In this document: piece by piece, positions 1 through 9,942 of the stretch
How the letters are laid out: every line of letters starts with the position of its first letter
How positions within the stretch are numbered: position 1 is the stretch's first letter
Assembly: GCA_018663505.1 (NCBI GenBank)
Contig: JABJQG010000065.1
Location: 3,315 to 67,314 of the forward strand
DNA length: 64,000 bases
Direction: 5' to 3'
Source: Pseudobdellovibrionaceae bacterium
GTDB taxonomy: Bacteria > Bdellovibrionota > Bdellovibrionia > Bdellovibrionales > UBA1609
The notes under the pieces: model-generated
Seen by the model: only the letters and a program-made list of their open reading frames with translations
The model's database searches: none
Told to the model about the DNA's origin: nothing
Translations under genes and position numbers: made by a program

Positions 1-1
1 A

Positions 2-1549
2 ATTAAGATGAAATCTTATGTGTGGGAATCTGCGGATATTGATCAAACTTGTGTGGAGAAGCCGATCCCTTCGGATTTAACAGATGAAGTGCTCTCCATG
101 AGAGACGCACTTTTAGAAGCTCTGTCTGAATTTGATGATCAGCTGATGGAGGACTTTTTAGAGGGTAATATTATTAACGAGGAATCCGTCATCCGTGTTT
201 TAAGAAAGGCAACTTTGGATTCATTGATTACTCCTGTGCTGTGTGGATCAGCTTTTAAAAATAAAGGGGTGCAGACACTGCTCGATACTATTTTAAAATT
301 GTTGCCGAGTCCATTGGATCGGCCAGCCGCTATGGGCAAGGATCCTAATAAGGAGTCTAGGGAGGTGGAGTGTCTTACACGCTTTGATGAGCCTTCTGCA
401 GCTTTAGCGTTTAAAGTGGCTAATGATCCCTTTGCAGGAACATTAGTTTTTATTCGAGTGTATTCAGGGGTTATTAAAATGGGTGAAGCACTGTTGAATC
501 CAAGATTAAATAAAAAAGAACGAATGCAAAAATTAGTAAAGTTACATGCTAACTCCCGAGAGGAAGTTAAGGAACTAAGGGCTGGAGATATTGGAGCAGT
601 GGTGGGGCTTAAGCTTACCGCGACTGGAGACACTCTTTGTTCTGTAAAGCGTCCTGTGGTTATGGAGTCTATAAATTTTCCTGAGCCTGTAATCTCCTTG
701 GCTATAGAGGCTAAGTCAACTGCAGATCAAAAGAAAATGTTGGATTCACTAGAAAAGTTAAAAAAGGAAGATCCCTCATGTGGCCTTCGCACAGATCAAG
801 AAACTGGACAACTTCTTCTTGAGGGTATGGGGGAGCTGCATTTAGAGATTTTAGTAGACAGGTTAAGGCGTGAACATAAAGTCACGGTAAACGTGGGGCA
901 ACCACAGGTAGCCTATAGAGAGACAATTAGTCAGGTAGCATCAGCTAGTGAAATTTTCGAACGTGATATAGCTGGGAAAATTCACTTCGGTGACGTTGAA
1001 ATTACAATTGAGCCTTTGGCATTGGGGCAGGGTGTGGAATATGTTGATAAAATTGAAGGATCAGATATAAAACCTGAATGGAGGAGGTCCATAGAGCAAG
1101 GAGCGTTAGAGGCGTGCTCTAATGGTATCGTAGCTGGGTTTTCGGTGTTAGATATCAAAATCATTGCAACAAAAGCAAAAACTAGGGACGAAGATGGTTC
1201 AGAAATGGCTTTTAAAATAGCTGCAGGCGCTTCATTCAGAACAGCTATGAAAAAGGCGGACCCACACTTGATGGAGCCCATTTTTAATTTAGAAATAACA
1301 ACGCCCGATGAATTTTTGGGAAATATTATTGGCGATTTAAATTCTAAACGCGGCAATGTTGGAAAAATTGAAACTAGAGATGGAATTCAAGTTTTTTACG
1401 CAGATGCTCCCTTGGTTAATCTTTTTGGTTATGCCACGACCATTAGATCATTGAGTCAAGGACGAGCAAGCTTTAGTATGGAGTTTAAGGAGTATAGTGT
1501 GCTACCGCCAAAGTTAGAAGTGGATGTTTTAAAGAAGATGGGTCGTTAA
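2..1549 (+). CDS. fusA: Elongation factor G, C-terminal ~515 aa (5' end lies off the left edge)
   Basis: The reading frame is open to the window edge. The translation has EF-G domain II-V hallmarks (AFKVANDPFAGTLVFIRVYSG, GELHLEILVDRLRRE, SFSMEFKEYSVLP). It lies directly upstream of the S10 operon. Confidence 0.9.
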   Translation: MKMKSYVWESADIDQTCVEKPIPSDLTDEVLSMRDALLEALSEFDDQLMEDFLEGNIINEESVIRVLRKATLDSLITPVLCGSAFKNKGVQTLLDTILKLLPSPLDRPAAMGKDPNKESREVECLTRFDEPSAALAFKVANDPFAGTLVFIRVYSGVIKMGEALLNPRLNKKERMQKLVKLHANSREEVKELRAGDIGAVVGLKLTATGDTLCSVKRPVVMESINFPEPVISLAIEAKSTADQKKMLDSLEKLKKEDPSCGLRTDQETGQLLLEGMGELHLEILVDRLRREHKVTVNVGQPQVAYRETISQVASASEIFERDIAGKIHFGDVEITIEPLALGQGVEYVDKIEGSDIKPEWRRSIEQGALEACSNGIVAGFSVLDIKIIATKAKTRDEDGSEMAFKIAAGASFRTAMKKADPHLMEPIFNLEITTPDEFLGNIIGDLNSKRGNVGKIETRDGIQVFYADAPLVNLFGYATTIRSLSQGRASFSMEFKEYSVLPPKLEVDVLKKMGR

Positions 1550-1698
1550 CCTACTGAAAGTACGTTGCTCCGATTATTTTTACTATGAAAAAAAGACAAA
1601 ATAAATATTTTAGTAAAGTCTCTAAAAGCCTTGCTGTGATTAAGGAATATTGAATTTTTACAAAAAAAAAATATTTCTTAAATAAATAAAATATTTTT

Positions 1699-1729
1699 TT
1701 GACAAAGCACTTATGTTAGGTGCATAATC
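1699..1729 (+). promoter_or_regulatory. Sigma-70-type promoter candidate for the S10 operon
   Basis: TTGACA (1699-1704), an 18-nt spacer ending in TG, then CATAAT (1723-1728). It is preceded by a long A/T tract (about 1660-1698) and lies about 150 nt upstream of the rpsJ ATG. Confidence 0.6.
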
Positions 1730-1881
1730 TGCCACTTGCGACCCTTGTTTTTCAAGTCAAATGGTTTAAGTCTGTAAAAACTCAAAGCTTTTTACAGAAA
1801 CTAAGCACAAGAAACTTGTTAGATGCTGGGTTTATTGCGCGTAAAGCACTGAAAACACTTAATGAAAAGGTAATACAGGTT

Positions 1882-2205
1882 ATGCAAAGTCAAAAAATAA
1901 GAATTCGATTGAAAGCTTTTGACCATAAATTATTGGATCAATCCACGCGCGAAATAGTGGATACGGCAAAAAGAACAGGGGCGAATATAGCCGGGCCTAT
2001 TCCGCTTCCTACACGTATTAATAAGTATACAGTGCTAAGATCTCCTCATGTGGATAAGAAGTCTCGTGAGCAGTTTGAGATTAGAACACATAAAAGATTA
2101 TTGGATATTTTGGACCCAACACAGCAAACCATTGATCATCTAATGAAGTTAGATCTTTCTGCTGGAGTGGATGTTGAAATTAAATTAGTGGCTCACCAAG
2201 AGTAA
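1882..2205 (+). CDS. rpsJ: 30S ribosomal protein S10
   Basis: Internal ATG at 1882 of ORF 1720..2205, preceded by AAAGG. From there the product ([15 protein letters not shown]...[22 protein letters not shown]) is canonical S10. The 54 upstream codons overlap the promoter and are not S10-like. Confidence 0.93.
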   Translation: MQSQKIRIRLKAFDHKLLDQSTREIVDTAKRTGANIAGPIPLPTRINKYTVLRSPHVDKKSREQFEIRTHKRLLDILDPTQQTIDHLMKLDLSAGVDVEIKLVAHQE

Positions 2206-2220
2206 TAAGAGGTATAAAAA

Positions 2221-2937
2221 ATGAGTGAAGAACAAACTCAACAAGAGAATAAAAATCAAGAAGCTGCTGAAAACGTTGAAGTTTCAGCATCAAGTGAAGC
2301 TTCCGCTGAGGCCAAATTAAATGGGTTATATGCATTTAAGTTAGGTATGTCTTCAGTTTACGATGAGAAAGGGGCGTCTATTCCAGTGACTGTTTTACAG
2401 TACAAGCCTCTTTATGTTTCACAAATAAAAACAAAAGCCACTGACGGATACGAATCTGTTCAGGTGGCCTGTGATCCAAAGAGAGCGACTAGGACATCAG
2501 CTGCTCAAAAGAAACATTTGGAGTCTGCTGGTTTTGAAAACGGAGCTTATGTAATAAAAGAAGTTCGTGGAGAAGTTCCAGAAGGTGTTGCAGTTGGGCA
2601 AAAAGTTTCAATTGATAGTCTTGAAAAAGGCGACAGCATTCAGATGATCGGTTACTCAAAGGGTCGTGGTTTTTCTGGAGCAGTGAAGCGCCATGGCTTT
2701 GGTGGTGGACCAGCTTCGCATGGTTCAGGTTTTCATAGAAGACCAGGATCTATTGGTAACTGTGAAGAGCCTGGAAGAGTAATGGCTGGTCGAAAAATGC
2801 CTGGTCAATTTGGGAATCATAGAATTAACATTCGAAATGTTCAGGTTGTTGATGTTTTGCCAGAGGATAATGTTATTTTGGTGAAGGGTCCAGTGCCGGG
2901 ATCTAGAAACTCTTTAGTGCAATTGATGAAGGTGTAA
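2221..2937 (+). CDS. rplC: 50S ribosomal protein L3 with a ~32-aa acidic N-terminal extension
   Basis: L3 core (KLGMSSVYDEKG, GYSKGRGFSGAVKRHGFGGGPASHGS). AAGAGG lies 8 nt upstream of ATG 2221. There is no alternative in-frame start before the conserved core. Confidence 0.93.
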   Translation: MSEEQTQQENKNQEAAENVEVSASSEASAEAKLNGLYAFKLGMSSVYDEKGASIPVTVLQYKPLYVSQIKTKATDGYESVQVACDPKRATRTSAAQKKHLESAGFENGAYVIKEVRGEVPEGVAVGQKVSIDSLEKGDSIQMIGYSKGRGFSGAVKRHGFGGGPASHGSGFHRRPGSIGNCEEPGRVMAGRKMPGQFGNHRINIRNVQVVDVLPEDNVILVKGPVPGSRNSLVQLMKV

Positions 2938-2939
2938 TT

Positions 2940-3560
2940 ATGGCCAATGTAGAAGTGTTAGATTGGAAAAAGAAAAAAGTAAGTGACGTTGAACTTAGCG
3001 ACCAGGTGTTTGCCTGTGATGTTAAGAAGAATGTATTACATGATGTTGTGAAGTGGCAGCTTGCCAGTCGCCGTCAAGGTACTCATAAAACTAAAACAAG
3101 AGCTTTTGTTTCAGGTGGTGGACGTAAGCCATTTAAGCAAAAGGGGACAGGTAATGCTCGTCAGGGTACGAACCGCTCGCCTCTTATGCCTGGTGGAGCC
3201 ATATTATTTGGACCACAGCCAAGGGATTATTCTTATGCATTGCCAAAGAAATTAAAAAGAGCAGGCTTAAGAATGGCGCTTTCTTATTTGAATAAGAATG
3301 GCAAATTGTCTATTGTAGATGCCATGAATTCTGAAGGTAAAACAGGGGAGTTAGATTCTCGCCTTAAGGCTTTTGGTGTTCAAAAAGCTGTTTTGATTGA
3401 TGGTTCTGTGAATGAGAAATTTAAGCAGGCTGCTAAAAACTTAAAAAGCTACAAATATTTTCCTGTTGAAGGGCTAAATGTTTATGATCTTTTAAAGTTT
3501 GATCATGTTATTTTAACAAAAGATTCGATAGATTCTGTAACTCAACGTTGTTTGAATTAA
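2940..3560 (+). CDS. rplD: 50S ribosomal protein L4
   Basis: RQGTHKTKTRAFVSGGGRKPFKQKGTGNARQG signature; conserved operon position. Confidence 0.95.
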   Translation: MANVEVLDWKKKKVSDVELSDQVFACDVKKNVLHDVVKWQLASRRQGTHKTKTRAFVSGGGRKPFKQKGTGNARQGTNRSPLMPGGAILFGPQPRDYSYALPKKLKRAGLRMALSYLNKNGKLSIVDAMNSEGKTGELDSRLKAFGVQKAVLIDGSVNEKFKQAAKNLKSYKYFPVEGLNVYDLLKFDHVILTKDSIDSVTQRCLN

Positions 3561-3575
3561 GGAAGAGGTTTTAAG

Positions 3576-3854
3576 ATGTTATATGTTATAAAAAGACCCT
3601 TAATTAGTGAAAAAAACAGTTTGATGTCTGAAAATAATGTCTACGCGTTTGAAGTAAACCGTCAGGCAACAAAAATAGATATTAAAAATGCTGTTGAAAA
3701 GTCTTTTCAAGTAAAGGTTGCTTCTGTGAACACAATGGTTTGTAGAGGTAGAGCAAAAAGAACTAAATTCGGTTTGGGCAAGGTTCCTTACTGGAAAAAA
3801 GCGATGGTGAAGCTTTCTCCTGGCGAGAAAATTTCATTATTTGAGGGGGCTTAA
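3576..3854 (+). CDS. rplW: 50S ribosomal protein L23
   Basis: [12 protein letters not shown]-terminus, 92 aa, operon position. Confidence 0.93.
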   Translation: MLYVIKRPLISEKNSLMSENNVYAFEVNRQATKIDIKNAVEKSFQVKVASVNTMVCRGRAKRTKFGLGKVPYWKKAMVKLSPGEKISLFEGA

Positions 3855-3856
3855 TC

Positions 3857-4681
3857 ATGGGAATTAAAATTTACAAACCTAGAAGCCCTGGTCGCAGAAA
3901 TATGTCTGGACATGACTTTAGTGAATTAACTAAAACAAGTCCTGAAAAATCTTTAACAGCACCCATCAGACGTACTGGCGCGCGAAACAACTTTGGTCGC
4001 ATTACTATTCGACATCAGGGTGGCGGGCATAAAAGGCGATTTAGAAAAATTGATTTTTTAAGAAATAAGATAGATATTCCAGCTACTGTAGCGTCAATTG
4101 AGTATGATCCAAATAGAACTAGCCGTATTGCTTTGTTGAACTATGTGGACGGTGAGAAGACATATATTTTGGCTCCTGTTGGTTTAAGTGTTGGAGATAT
4201 AGTTATTTCATCAGCTAAGGCGGATATTAAGCCTGGTAACAGTAAGCTTTTAAAAGAGATGCCTACGGGAACAGTGATTCATAATATTGAATTACGACCT
4301 GGTAAGGGGGCTCAAATATCTCGTGGTGCAGGCTCATCAGCTGAGCTAGTTGCTAAGGGTGATCAGTATTGCCAAGTTAAAATGCCATCAGGCGAAGTTA
4401 GGCAAGTGCTATCTGTTTGTAGAGCAACAGTTGGCCAGGTTGGCAACACTGATAATGAAAACATTAAAGTGGGTAAAGCTGGTCGTACTCGATGGAAGGG
4501 TGTTCGACCTACTGTTAGAGGAATGTGTCAAAACCCAATCGATCACCCTGGTGGTGGTGGTGAAGGTCGTGGTAAGGGACATCATCCAATGACTCCTTGG
4601 GGGAAACCTTGTAAGGGTCATAAGACAAGACATAATAAGCGTACTGATAGAATGATTATTAAACGTAGAAGTAAGAAATAG
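3857..4681 (+). CDS. rplB: 50S ribosomal protein L2
   Basis: [16 protein letters not shown] and [16 protein letters not shown] motifs. Confidence 0.97.
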   Translation: MGIKIYKPRSPGRRNMSGHDFSELTKTSPEKSLTAPIRRTGARNNFGRITIRHQGGGHKRRFRKIDFLRNKIDIPATVASIEYDPNRTSRIALLNYVDGEKTYILAPVGLSVGDIVISSAKADIKPGNSKLLKEMPTGTVIHNIELRPGKGAQISRGAGSSAELVAKGDQYCQVKMPSGEVRQVLSVCRATVGQVGNTDNENIKVGKAGRTRWKGVRPTVRGMCQNPIDHPGGGGEGRGKGHHPMTPWGKPCKGHKTRHNKRTDRMIIKRRSKK

Positions 4682-4691
4682 GGAGTTTAAA

Positions 4692-4964
4692 TTGTCAAGA
4701 TCGTTAAAGAAAGGTCCTTTTGTTGACCTTCATTTATTAAAGAAGATTGAACATGCTCATGAGAGCGGTGATAAAAAGGTAATTAAGACTTGGTCACGTA
4801 GATCAACAATTACGCCTAATGCTGAAGGACTTACATTTGCAGTACATAACGGAAAAAAGTTTATTCCTGTTTTTGTGAATGAAAATATGATTGGGCATAA
4901 GTTTGGCGAGTTTGCTTTAACTAGAAATTACACTGGTCATGGCGATAAAAAGAAAAAGAAGTAA
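4692..4964 (+). CDS. rpsS: 30S ribosomal protein S19 (TTG start)
   Basis: [12 protein letters not shown]...[11 protein letters not shown]; GGGAG lies upstream of the TTG. Confidence 0.95.
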   Translation: MSRSLKKGPFVDLHLLKKIEHAHESGDKKVIKTWSRRSTITPNAEGLTFAVHNGKKFIPVFVNENMIGHKFGEFALTRNYTGHGDKKKKK

Positions 4965-5000
4965 GACGAGTTTAGAAAATAAAGTCTGAAAGAGGAAGTG

Positions 5001-5333
5001 ATGGAAGTAAAAGCAAATTTAAAATATGCAAAAGTTGGAACTCAAAAAGCAAGGTTAGTTGCTGATGCTGTTCGTGGTAAAGATGTGAATGAAGCCATAC
5101 GAATTCTAACTTTTATGAAAAAGAAGTCTGCAGAAATGATGAAGAAACTCATTGAGTCTGCGGTAGCAAATGCTGAAGTAAAAAAAGTGATTGATGTAGA
5201 TAATTTATATGTAAAATCAATTATGGTAAATCAAGGTCCTTCTCAAAGTAGAATGAGACCAAGAGCTCAAGGCAGGGCGTTTACTGTTGATAAGAAGTCG
5301 AGTCATTTTAATTTAATTTTGGATGAAAGATAA
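5001..5333 (+). CDS. rplV: 50S ribosomal protein L22
   Basis: MEVKANLKYAKVGTQKARLVADAVRGK. ATG 5001 is favoured over GTG 4998 by its spacing to GAGGAAG. Confidence 0.93.
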   Translation: MEVKANLKYAKVGTQKARLVADAVRGKDVNEAIRILTFMKKKSAEMMKKLIESAVANAEVKKVIDVDNLYVKSIMVNQGPSQSRMRPRAQGRAFTVDKKSSHFNLILDER

Positions 5334-5345
5334 GGAAGGCTATTA

Positions 5346-6011
5346 ATGGGACAAAAGGTAAATCCGATTGGTTTAAGAGTAGGGGTAATCAGAACTTGGG
5401 ATTCTCGTTGGTACGCCAAGGGAAAAGACTATATTACAAACCTTCACGAAGACTTAAGATTAAGAAAATATGTTAAGAATAAGTTGAAAAATGCAGGTGT
5501 TTCTAAAATTGAAATGGAAAGAGCTGCAAATAAGTTAAAAGTGATTATATCAACTGCTCGACCAGGTATTGTTATTGGTAAAAAGGGCGCAGGAATTGAT
5601 GCTCTTAAAGCTGATATTCAAAAACTTACACCAAACGAGGTTTTTGTAAACATTCAGGAAATTAGAAAACCAGATCTTGATGCACAGCTAGTGGCAGAAA
5701 ATATAGCTCTTCAGCTTGAAAAAAGAATTTCTTGGAGGCGTGCACTTAAGAAGGCTATGCAAGCTTCGATTCGCTCAGGTGTGCGTGGAATTAAGATTAA
5801 AGTTGGTGGAAGATTAGATGGTGCTGAGATTGCGCGATCTGAGTGGTATAATGAGAAAAGTGTACCGCTTCATACCCTAAGAGCTGATATAGATTACGGA
5901 ACAGCAAGAGCGTTAACGACCTATGGTATTATTGGTTTAAAGGTATGGATATACCGTGGTGATGTTTTGACTAAAAAAGAAGTAGAGGGGGCCAATAATG
6001 TTAAGTCCTAA
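5346..6011 (+). CDS. rpsC: 30S ribosomal protein S3
   Basis: [15 protein letters not shown]-domain [30 protein letters not shown]. Confidence 0.97.
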   Translation: MGQKVNPIGLRVGVIRTWDSRWYAKGKDYITNLHEDLRLRKYVKNKLKNAGVSKIEMERAANKLKVIISTARPGIVIGKKGAGIDALKADIQKLTPNEVFVNIQEIRKPDLDAQLVAENIALQLEKRISWRRALKKAMQASIRSGVRGIKIKVGGRLDGAEIARSEWYNEKSVPLHTLRADIDYGTARALTTYGIIGLKVWIYRGDVLTKKEVEGANNVKS

Positions 6012-6408
6012 ACGAGTCAAATGGAGAAGGCAGCATAGAATTGGTTTTTCTGGTAAAGCAAAACGAGGATCAGAGATTAATTTTGGTGATTTTGCTTTAG
6101 TTTCAATGGGTGCTGGTCGATTAACAGCTCGACAGATTGAAGCTAGTCGTATTGCGATCAGTCGCTCTGTTAAAAGAGGTGGAAAAATGTGGATACGTAT
6201 TTTTCCAGATAGACCTTTAACAAAAAAACCTGCTGAAGTACGAATGGGTAAAGGTAAAGGGTCTCCTGAGTTATGGGTGGCAATGGTTCAACCAGGAAGA
6301 ATTTTATTTGAGATTAATGGTGTAACACGAGAACAGGCAGTTGAAGCTTTCAGATTGGCTTCACATAAATTGCCAGTTAAAACAAAGTTTTTAGCGAGGG
6401 AGAACTAA
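5998..6408 (+). CDS. rplP: 50S ribosomal protein L16
   Basis: [14 protein letters not shown]...[14 protein letters not shown]; overlaps the rpsC end by 14 nt. Confidence 0.96.
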   Translation: MLSPKRVKWRRQHRIGFSGKAKRGSEINFGDFALVSMGAGRLTARQIEASRIAISRSVKRGGKMWIRIFPDRPLTKKPAEVRMGKGKGSPELWVAMVQPGRILFEINGVTREQAVEAFRLASHKLPVKTKFLAREN

Positions 6409-6409
6409 A

Positions 6410-6601
6410 ATGAAGTTTTCTGATATTAAAGATTTAACAGTAGAAGAGTTAAGAAAAAGATTAGAGGTCTCTAGAGGCGATCTTTTTGATATGAAAATGA
6501 AGCACTCTTTGGGTCAAGTTGGGAATCCACTTGAGATTAGAAGTATAAGAAAAGGTATTGCTAAAATCAATACAGCGTTAAAACAAAAATTAGCGCAATA
6601 A
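6410..6601 (+). CDS. rpmC: 50S ribosomal protein L29
   Basis: 63 aa, LTVEELRKRLEVSRGDLFDMKMK; operon position. Confidence 0.92.
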   Translation: MKFSDIKDLTVEELRKRLEVSRGDLFDMKMKHSLGQVGNPLEIRSIRKGIAKINTALKQKLAQ

Positions 6602-6620
6602 TTGCGTAGGTGAGGTAAGA

Positions 6621-6890
6621 ATGTCGGTAGAAGAACAAGCGGCACAAAGAGGTCGAAGAAACGAAGTTATTGGTAAAGTAGTTACTGATAAAATGAATAA
6701 AACAATTGGTGTTGAGGTTTCTCGTCAGTTTAAGCACAAAAGGTATGGCAAATATATTCGTCGTAGCACAGTGTTCAAAGCTCATGACGAAAAAAATGAA
6801 GCAAAGATGGGAGATACAGTTTGTATCTTTGAAACAAGAGCTTTGAGTAAAACAAAGCGTTGGAAGTTAGCAAAAATTATCCAAGCGTAA
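6621..6890 (+). CDS. rpsQ: 30S ribosomal protein S17
   Basis: [40 protein letters not shown]. Confidence 0.95.
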   Translation: MSVEEQAAQRGRRNEVIGKVVTDKMNKTIGVEVSRQFKHKRYGKYIRRSTVFKAHDEKNEAKMGDTVCIFETRALSKTKRWKLAKIIQA

Positions 6891-6918
6891 GTTTGATGAG
6901 TTAAGGAGATTAAGAGTT

Positions 6919-7287
6919 ATGATTCAAATGCAATCAAAATTAAAAGTAGCAGATAACTCAGGTGCAAAGATAGTTCAATGCATTAAGGTGCTTGGAGGAT
7001 CTAAGAGAAGGATTGCTTCTGTAGGAGACATAATTGTGGTTTCTATAAAAGAAGCTTTGCCTAACTCAAAAGTGAAAAAGGGCGATGTGGCAAAGGCTGT
7101 TATTGTTAGAACAATTCATAAAGTTCGCAGAAATGACGGTAGTTACATTCGCTTTGACGAGAATTCAGCAGTTTTAATAAATGCAAATAAGGAGCCAGTA
7201 GGAACACGTATCTTTGGTCCAGTGGCAAGAGAGTTGAGAGCAAAGAAATTTATTAAGATTATTTCTTTAGCTCCTGAAGTTTTATAA
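6919..7287 (+). CDS. rplN: 50S ribosomal protein L14
   Basis: [17 protein letters not shown]...GPVARELR. Confidence 0.97.
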   Translation: MIQMQSKLKVADNSGAKIVQCIKVLGGSKRRIASVGDIIVVSIKEALPNSKVKKGDVAKAVIVRTIHKVRRNDGSYIRFDENSAVLINANKEPVGTRIFGPVARELRAKKFIKIISLAPEVL

Positions 7288-7319
7288 GTGCGTAAGAAAT
7301 ACGGTAAACGGAGAAAAAA

Positions 7320-7859
7320 GTGACTCATTTAGAAGAAGTATATAAAAAAGAAATCGTTGCAGCATTAAAGGCTGACCTTAAGTTAGGTTCAATGATGGAA
7401 GTGCCACGATTAGAGAAAATTGTTGTTAGTATTTCAACGGGCGAAGCGGTTAAAAACCCTAAGCTATTAAATACCATTGCAGATGAAGTAACTACATTTA
7501 CGGGACAAAAAGCAGTGGTAACTAAAGCAAAAAAGGCTATTGCGAACTTTAAGTTAAGAGAGGGAATGCCTTTGGGCGTGCGTGTAACTCTGAGACGTGA
7601 GAAAATGTGGACTTTCTTGGAAAGGTTAATACATTTTTCTATTCCAGCAGTTCGAGATTTTCGTGGATTACCAAAAAAAGGCTTTGATGGTCGTGGAAAC
7701 TACAATATGGGCTTAAAAGAGCAGCTTGTTTTTCCAGAGATTAGTTATGATCGGGTTGATAAAGTTCGAGGAATGAATATTACATTTTGTACATCAGGAA
7801 AGACGGACGCCCAGGGCAAGGCTTTGTTGGACGCTTTAGGGATGCCTTTTACAAAATAA
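7320..7859 (+). CDS. rplE: 50S ribosomal protein L5 (GTG start)
   Basis: NFKLREGMPLGVRVTLRREKMWTFLERLI, FDGRGNYNMGLKEQLVFPEI. GGAG lies 6 nt upstream of the GTG. It follows rplN after only 32 nt, so there is no rplX between them. Confidence 0.95.
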   Translation: MTHLEEVYKKEIVAALKADLKLGSMMEVPRLEKIVVSISTGEAVKNPKLLNTIADEVTTFTGQKAVVTKAKKAIANFKLREGMPLGVRVTLRREKMWTFLERLIHFSIPAVRDFRGLPKKGFDGRGNYNMGLKEQLVFPEISYDRVDKVRGMNITFCTSGKTDAQGKALLDALGMPFTK

Positions 7860-7896
7860 GAGATTTAGATTTTAAATATTTGAGGAGAGAGATTGA

Positions 7897-8286
7897 ATGG
7901 ATACTATAGGTGATTTTTTAACAAGAATTAGAAATGCAGGTGCTTTTAAACATGATAAAGTGGACCTTCCCAGTTCTAATTTGAGATCAGGTATTGCTGA
8001 AATATTGCAAAAAGAAGGATACATAAGGAATTTCAAGGTTGCTAAAGATGGCAAACAAGGGATGATGCGTGTATATCTTAAGTATGACAATGAAGGAGCT
8101 CACGTTATCCAAAAAGTGGAAAGAGTAAGTAAACCTTCTAGAAGAATTTATGTGAATGCTACGAGCGTTCCAAAAGTTCGATCAGGATATGGATTAGCAA
8201 TTATTAGTACAAACAAAGGTATTTTAAGCGGATCAGAGGCCCAAAAACAAAATGTTGGTGGTGAAGTTCTCTGTCAGATTTGGTAG
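7897..8286 (+). CDS. rpsH: 30S ribosomal protein S8
   Basis: MDTIGDFLTRIRNA...GGEVLCQIW. It follows rplE after 37 nt, so there is no rpsN between them. Confidence 0.96.
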   Translation: MDTIGDFLTRIRNAGAFKHDKVDLPSSNLRSGIAEILQKEGYIRNFKVAKDGKQGMMRVYLKYDNEGAHVIQKVERVSKPSRRIYVNATSVPKVRSGYGLAIISTNKGILSGSEAQKQNVGGEVLCQIW

Positions 8287-8293
8287 GTAAAAG

Positions 8294-8836
8294 ATGTCAA
8301 GAGTAGGTAAAGTTCCTGTTATATTTAGTGAGCCAGTGAAGGTTACAGTTAGCCCTAATGGAGAAGTTGTTATTAAGGGTGCAAAAGCTGAGCAAAGAGT
8401 TCAGTTGCAGCCATCCATAAAGGCAAATATCGAGGAAGGACAAATTGTTTTAACTCGAGAAAGCAATGAGCCTAAGATTAGAGCTTATCATGGTCTTTAT
8501 AGAGCGTTGATTCAAAATGCTGTCACGGGAGTGTCAACAGGATGGAGTAAAAGCTTAATATTAAATGGTGTAGGTTATAGAGCTTCGGTTTCTGGAAAAA
8601 AATTAGAGATGAATTTAGGTTACTCTCATCCTATTATTTTTGAAATACCTGCTGGTATTGAAATAAAAGTTGAGAAGTCTACAACTATTCATGTGAACGG
8701 ATCTTCAAGAGAGCTTGTTGGTCAAGTAGCAGCAAAAATTAGAGGTTACCGTGAACCTGAACCTTTTCTAGGTAAAGGGGTTAGATACTCAGATGAAGTG
8801 ATTCGTCGTAAAGCTGGTAAGTCAGCAGGTAAATAA
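8294..8836 (+). CDS. rplF: 50S ribosomal protein L6
   Basis: MSRVGKVPV...GVGYRA...[12 protein letters not shown]. Confidence 0.96.
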   Translation: MSRVGKVPVIFSEPVKVTVSPNGEVVIKGAKAEQRVQLQPSIKANIEEGQIVLTRESNEPKIRAYHGLYRALIQNAVTGVSTGWSKSLILNGVGYRASVSGKKLEMNLGYSHPIIFEIPAGIEIKVEKSTTIHVNGSSRELVGQVAAKIRGYREPEPFLGKGVRYSDEVIRRKAGKSAGK

Positions 8837-8862
8837 ATTTAAGTTTTAAAGAGAGGTTTAAA

Positions 8863-9237
8863 GTGAAATTAACATATTCAAAGCATGCTAGTACTCGATT
8901 GAAGGCACGTATGAAAAACAAAGCGCGCATAAGAAAAAAATTGTCTGGTACAGCTGAAAGACCAAGACTTGCTGTTTTTCGAAGTAATAAATTTATATCT
9001 GCTCAGTTGATTGATGATGTAACGGGGAATACCTTAGCAGCATCTACTTCTAAAAAAATTGGAATTGATGCTGGTAAAAGTTCTCGTGCAGCAGCAAAGT
9101 CTGTGGGTGAAGAAATAGCAAAAAAAGCAATTGATAAAAAAATTAATAGTGTTGTGTTTGATCGAAGTGGTTATATATATCATGGAAAAGTGAAAAGTGT
9201 TGCAGACGGTGCACGTGAAGCTGGCTTAAAATTTTAA
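8863..9237 (+). CDS. rplR: 50S ribosomal protein L18 (GTG start)
   Basis: [27 protein letters not shown]...[28 protein letters not shown]; GAGAGG lies upstream of the GTG. Confidence 0.94.
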   Translation: MKLTYSKHASTRLKARMKNKARIRKKLSGTAERPRLAVFRSNKFISAQLIDDVTGNTLAASTSKKIGIDAGKSSRAAAKSVGEEIAKKAIDKKINSVVFDRSGYIYHGKVKSVADGAREAGLKF

Positions 9238-9248
9238 GGAGAGAATTT

Positions 9249-9704
9249 GTGGAGAATAATGAAGAAGTACAAGAGAGAGTTGTTACTATCAGACGTGTTG
9301 CCAAGGTTGTAAAAGGTGGTCGTCGTTTTTCTTTTTCAGCACTAGTGGTTGCTGGAGATGGAAAGGGAAGCGTTGGATATGGAACTGGAAAAGCAGGTGA
9401 AGTTCCTGAGGCTATAGGTAAGGCAGCTCGTATTGCAAAAAAATCTTTAAACGATATTCAGTTAAAAGAAGGCCGTACAATTCCTCATGAAGTCATTGGC
9501 ATATTCGGAGCGGCAAAAGTCGTTTTGATACCGGCATCACCTGGAACTGGCGTTATTGCTGGAGGACCAGTAAGAGCCGTTTTAGAATCTGTTGGTATTA
9601 AAGATATTCTTACAAAATGTATTGGTTCAAATAATCCTGGAAATGCTGTTAGAGCAACAATGGAAGGCTTAAAACAACTAAAGAATTTTGAAGCTAAAGT
9701 TTAG
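9249..9704 (+). CDS. rpsE: 30S ribosomal protein S5 (GTG start)
   Basis: [42 protein letters not shown]. Confidence 0.96.
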   Translation: MENNEEVQERVVTIRRVAKVVKGGRRFSFSALVVAGDGKGSVGYGTGKAGEVPEAIGKAARIAKKSLNDIQLKEGRTIPHEVIGIFGAAKVVLIPASPGTGVIAGGPVRAVLESVGIKDILTKCIGSNNPGNAVRATMEGLKQLKNFEAKV

Positions 9705-9728
9705 AGTTTAATTATAAGGAAGTCAGTT

Positions 9729-9911
9729 ATGGCAAAAAAGTTTAAAGTAACATTAAGAAAAAGTACCATTGGCCAAACACAACGCCAAAAAGATGCTGTG
9801 AGATGTTTGGGACTTAAAAAAATTGGTCAACATGTTATGATAAAAGACAATCCAGCGAATCGTGGGCAAATTTTCAAGGTTCAGCATTTATTAAATGTTG
9901 AAGTGGTTTAA
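9729..9911 (+). CDS. rpmD: 50S ribosomal protein L30
   Basis: 60 aa, KVTLRKSTIGQTQRQKDAVRCLGLKKIGQ. Confidence 0.93.
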   Translation: MAKKFKVTLRKSTIGQTQRQKDAVRCLGLKKIGQHVMIKDNPANRGQIFKVQHLLNVEVV

Positions 9912-9942
9912 TTAGTAAAAAATTGTATTATTGGAGAGAAGA

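Noticed and set aside
139-1356. Antisense ORFs (139-633, 982-1356) within fusA, and many short alternative-frame ORFs inside ribosomal genes (for example 3061-3255, 4350-4633, 6567-6785, 10047-10391, 14519-14842).
   Set aside because: They overlap highly conserved genes and have no motifs or ribosome-binding sites. They are frame shadows.
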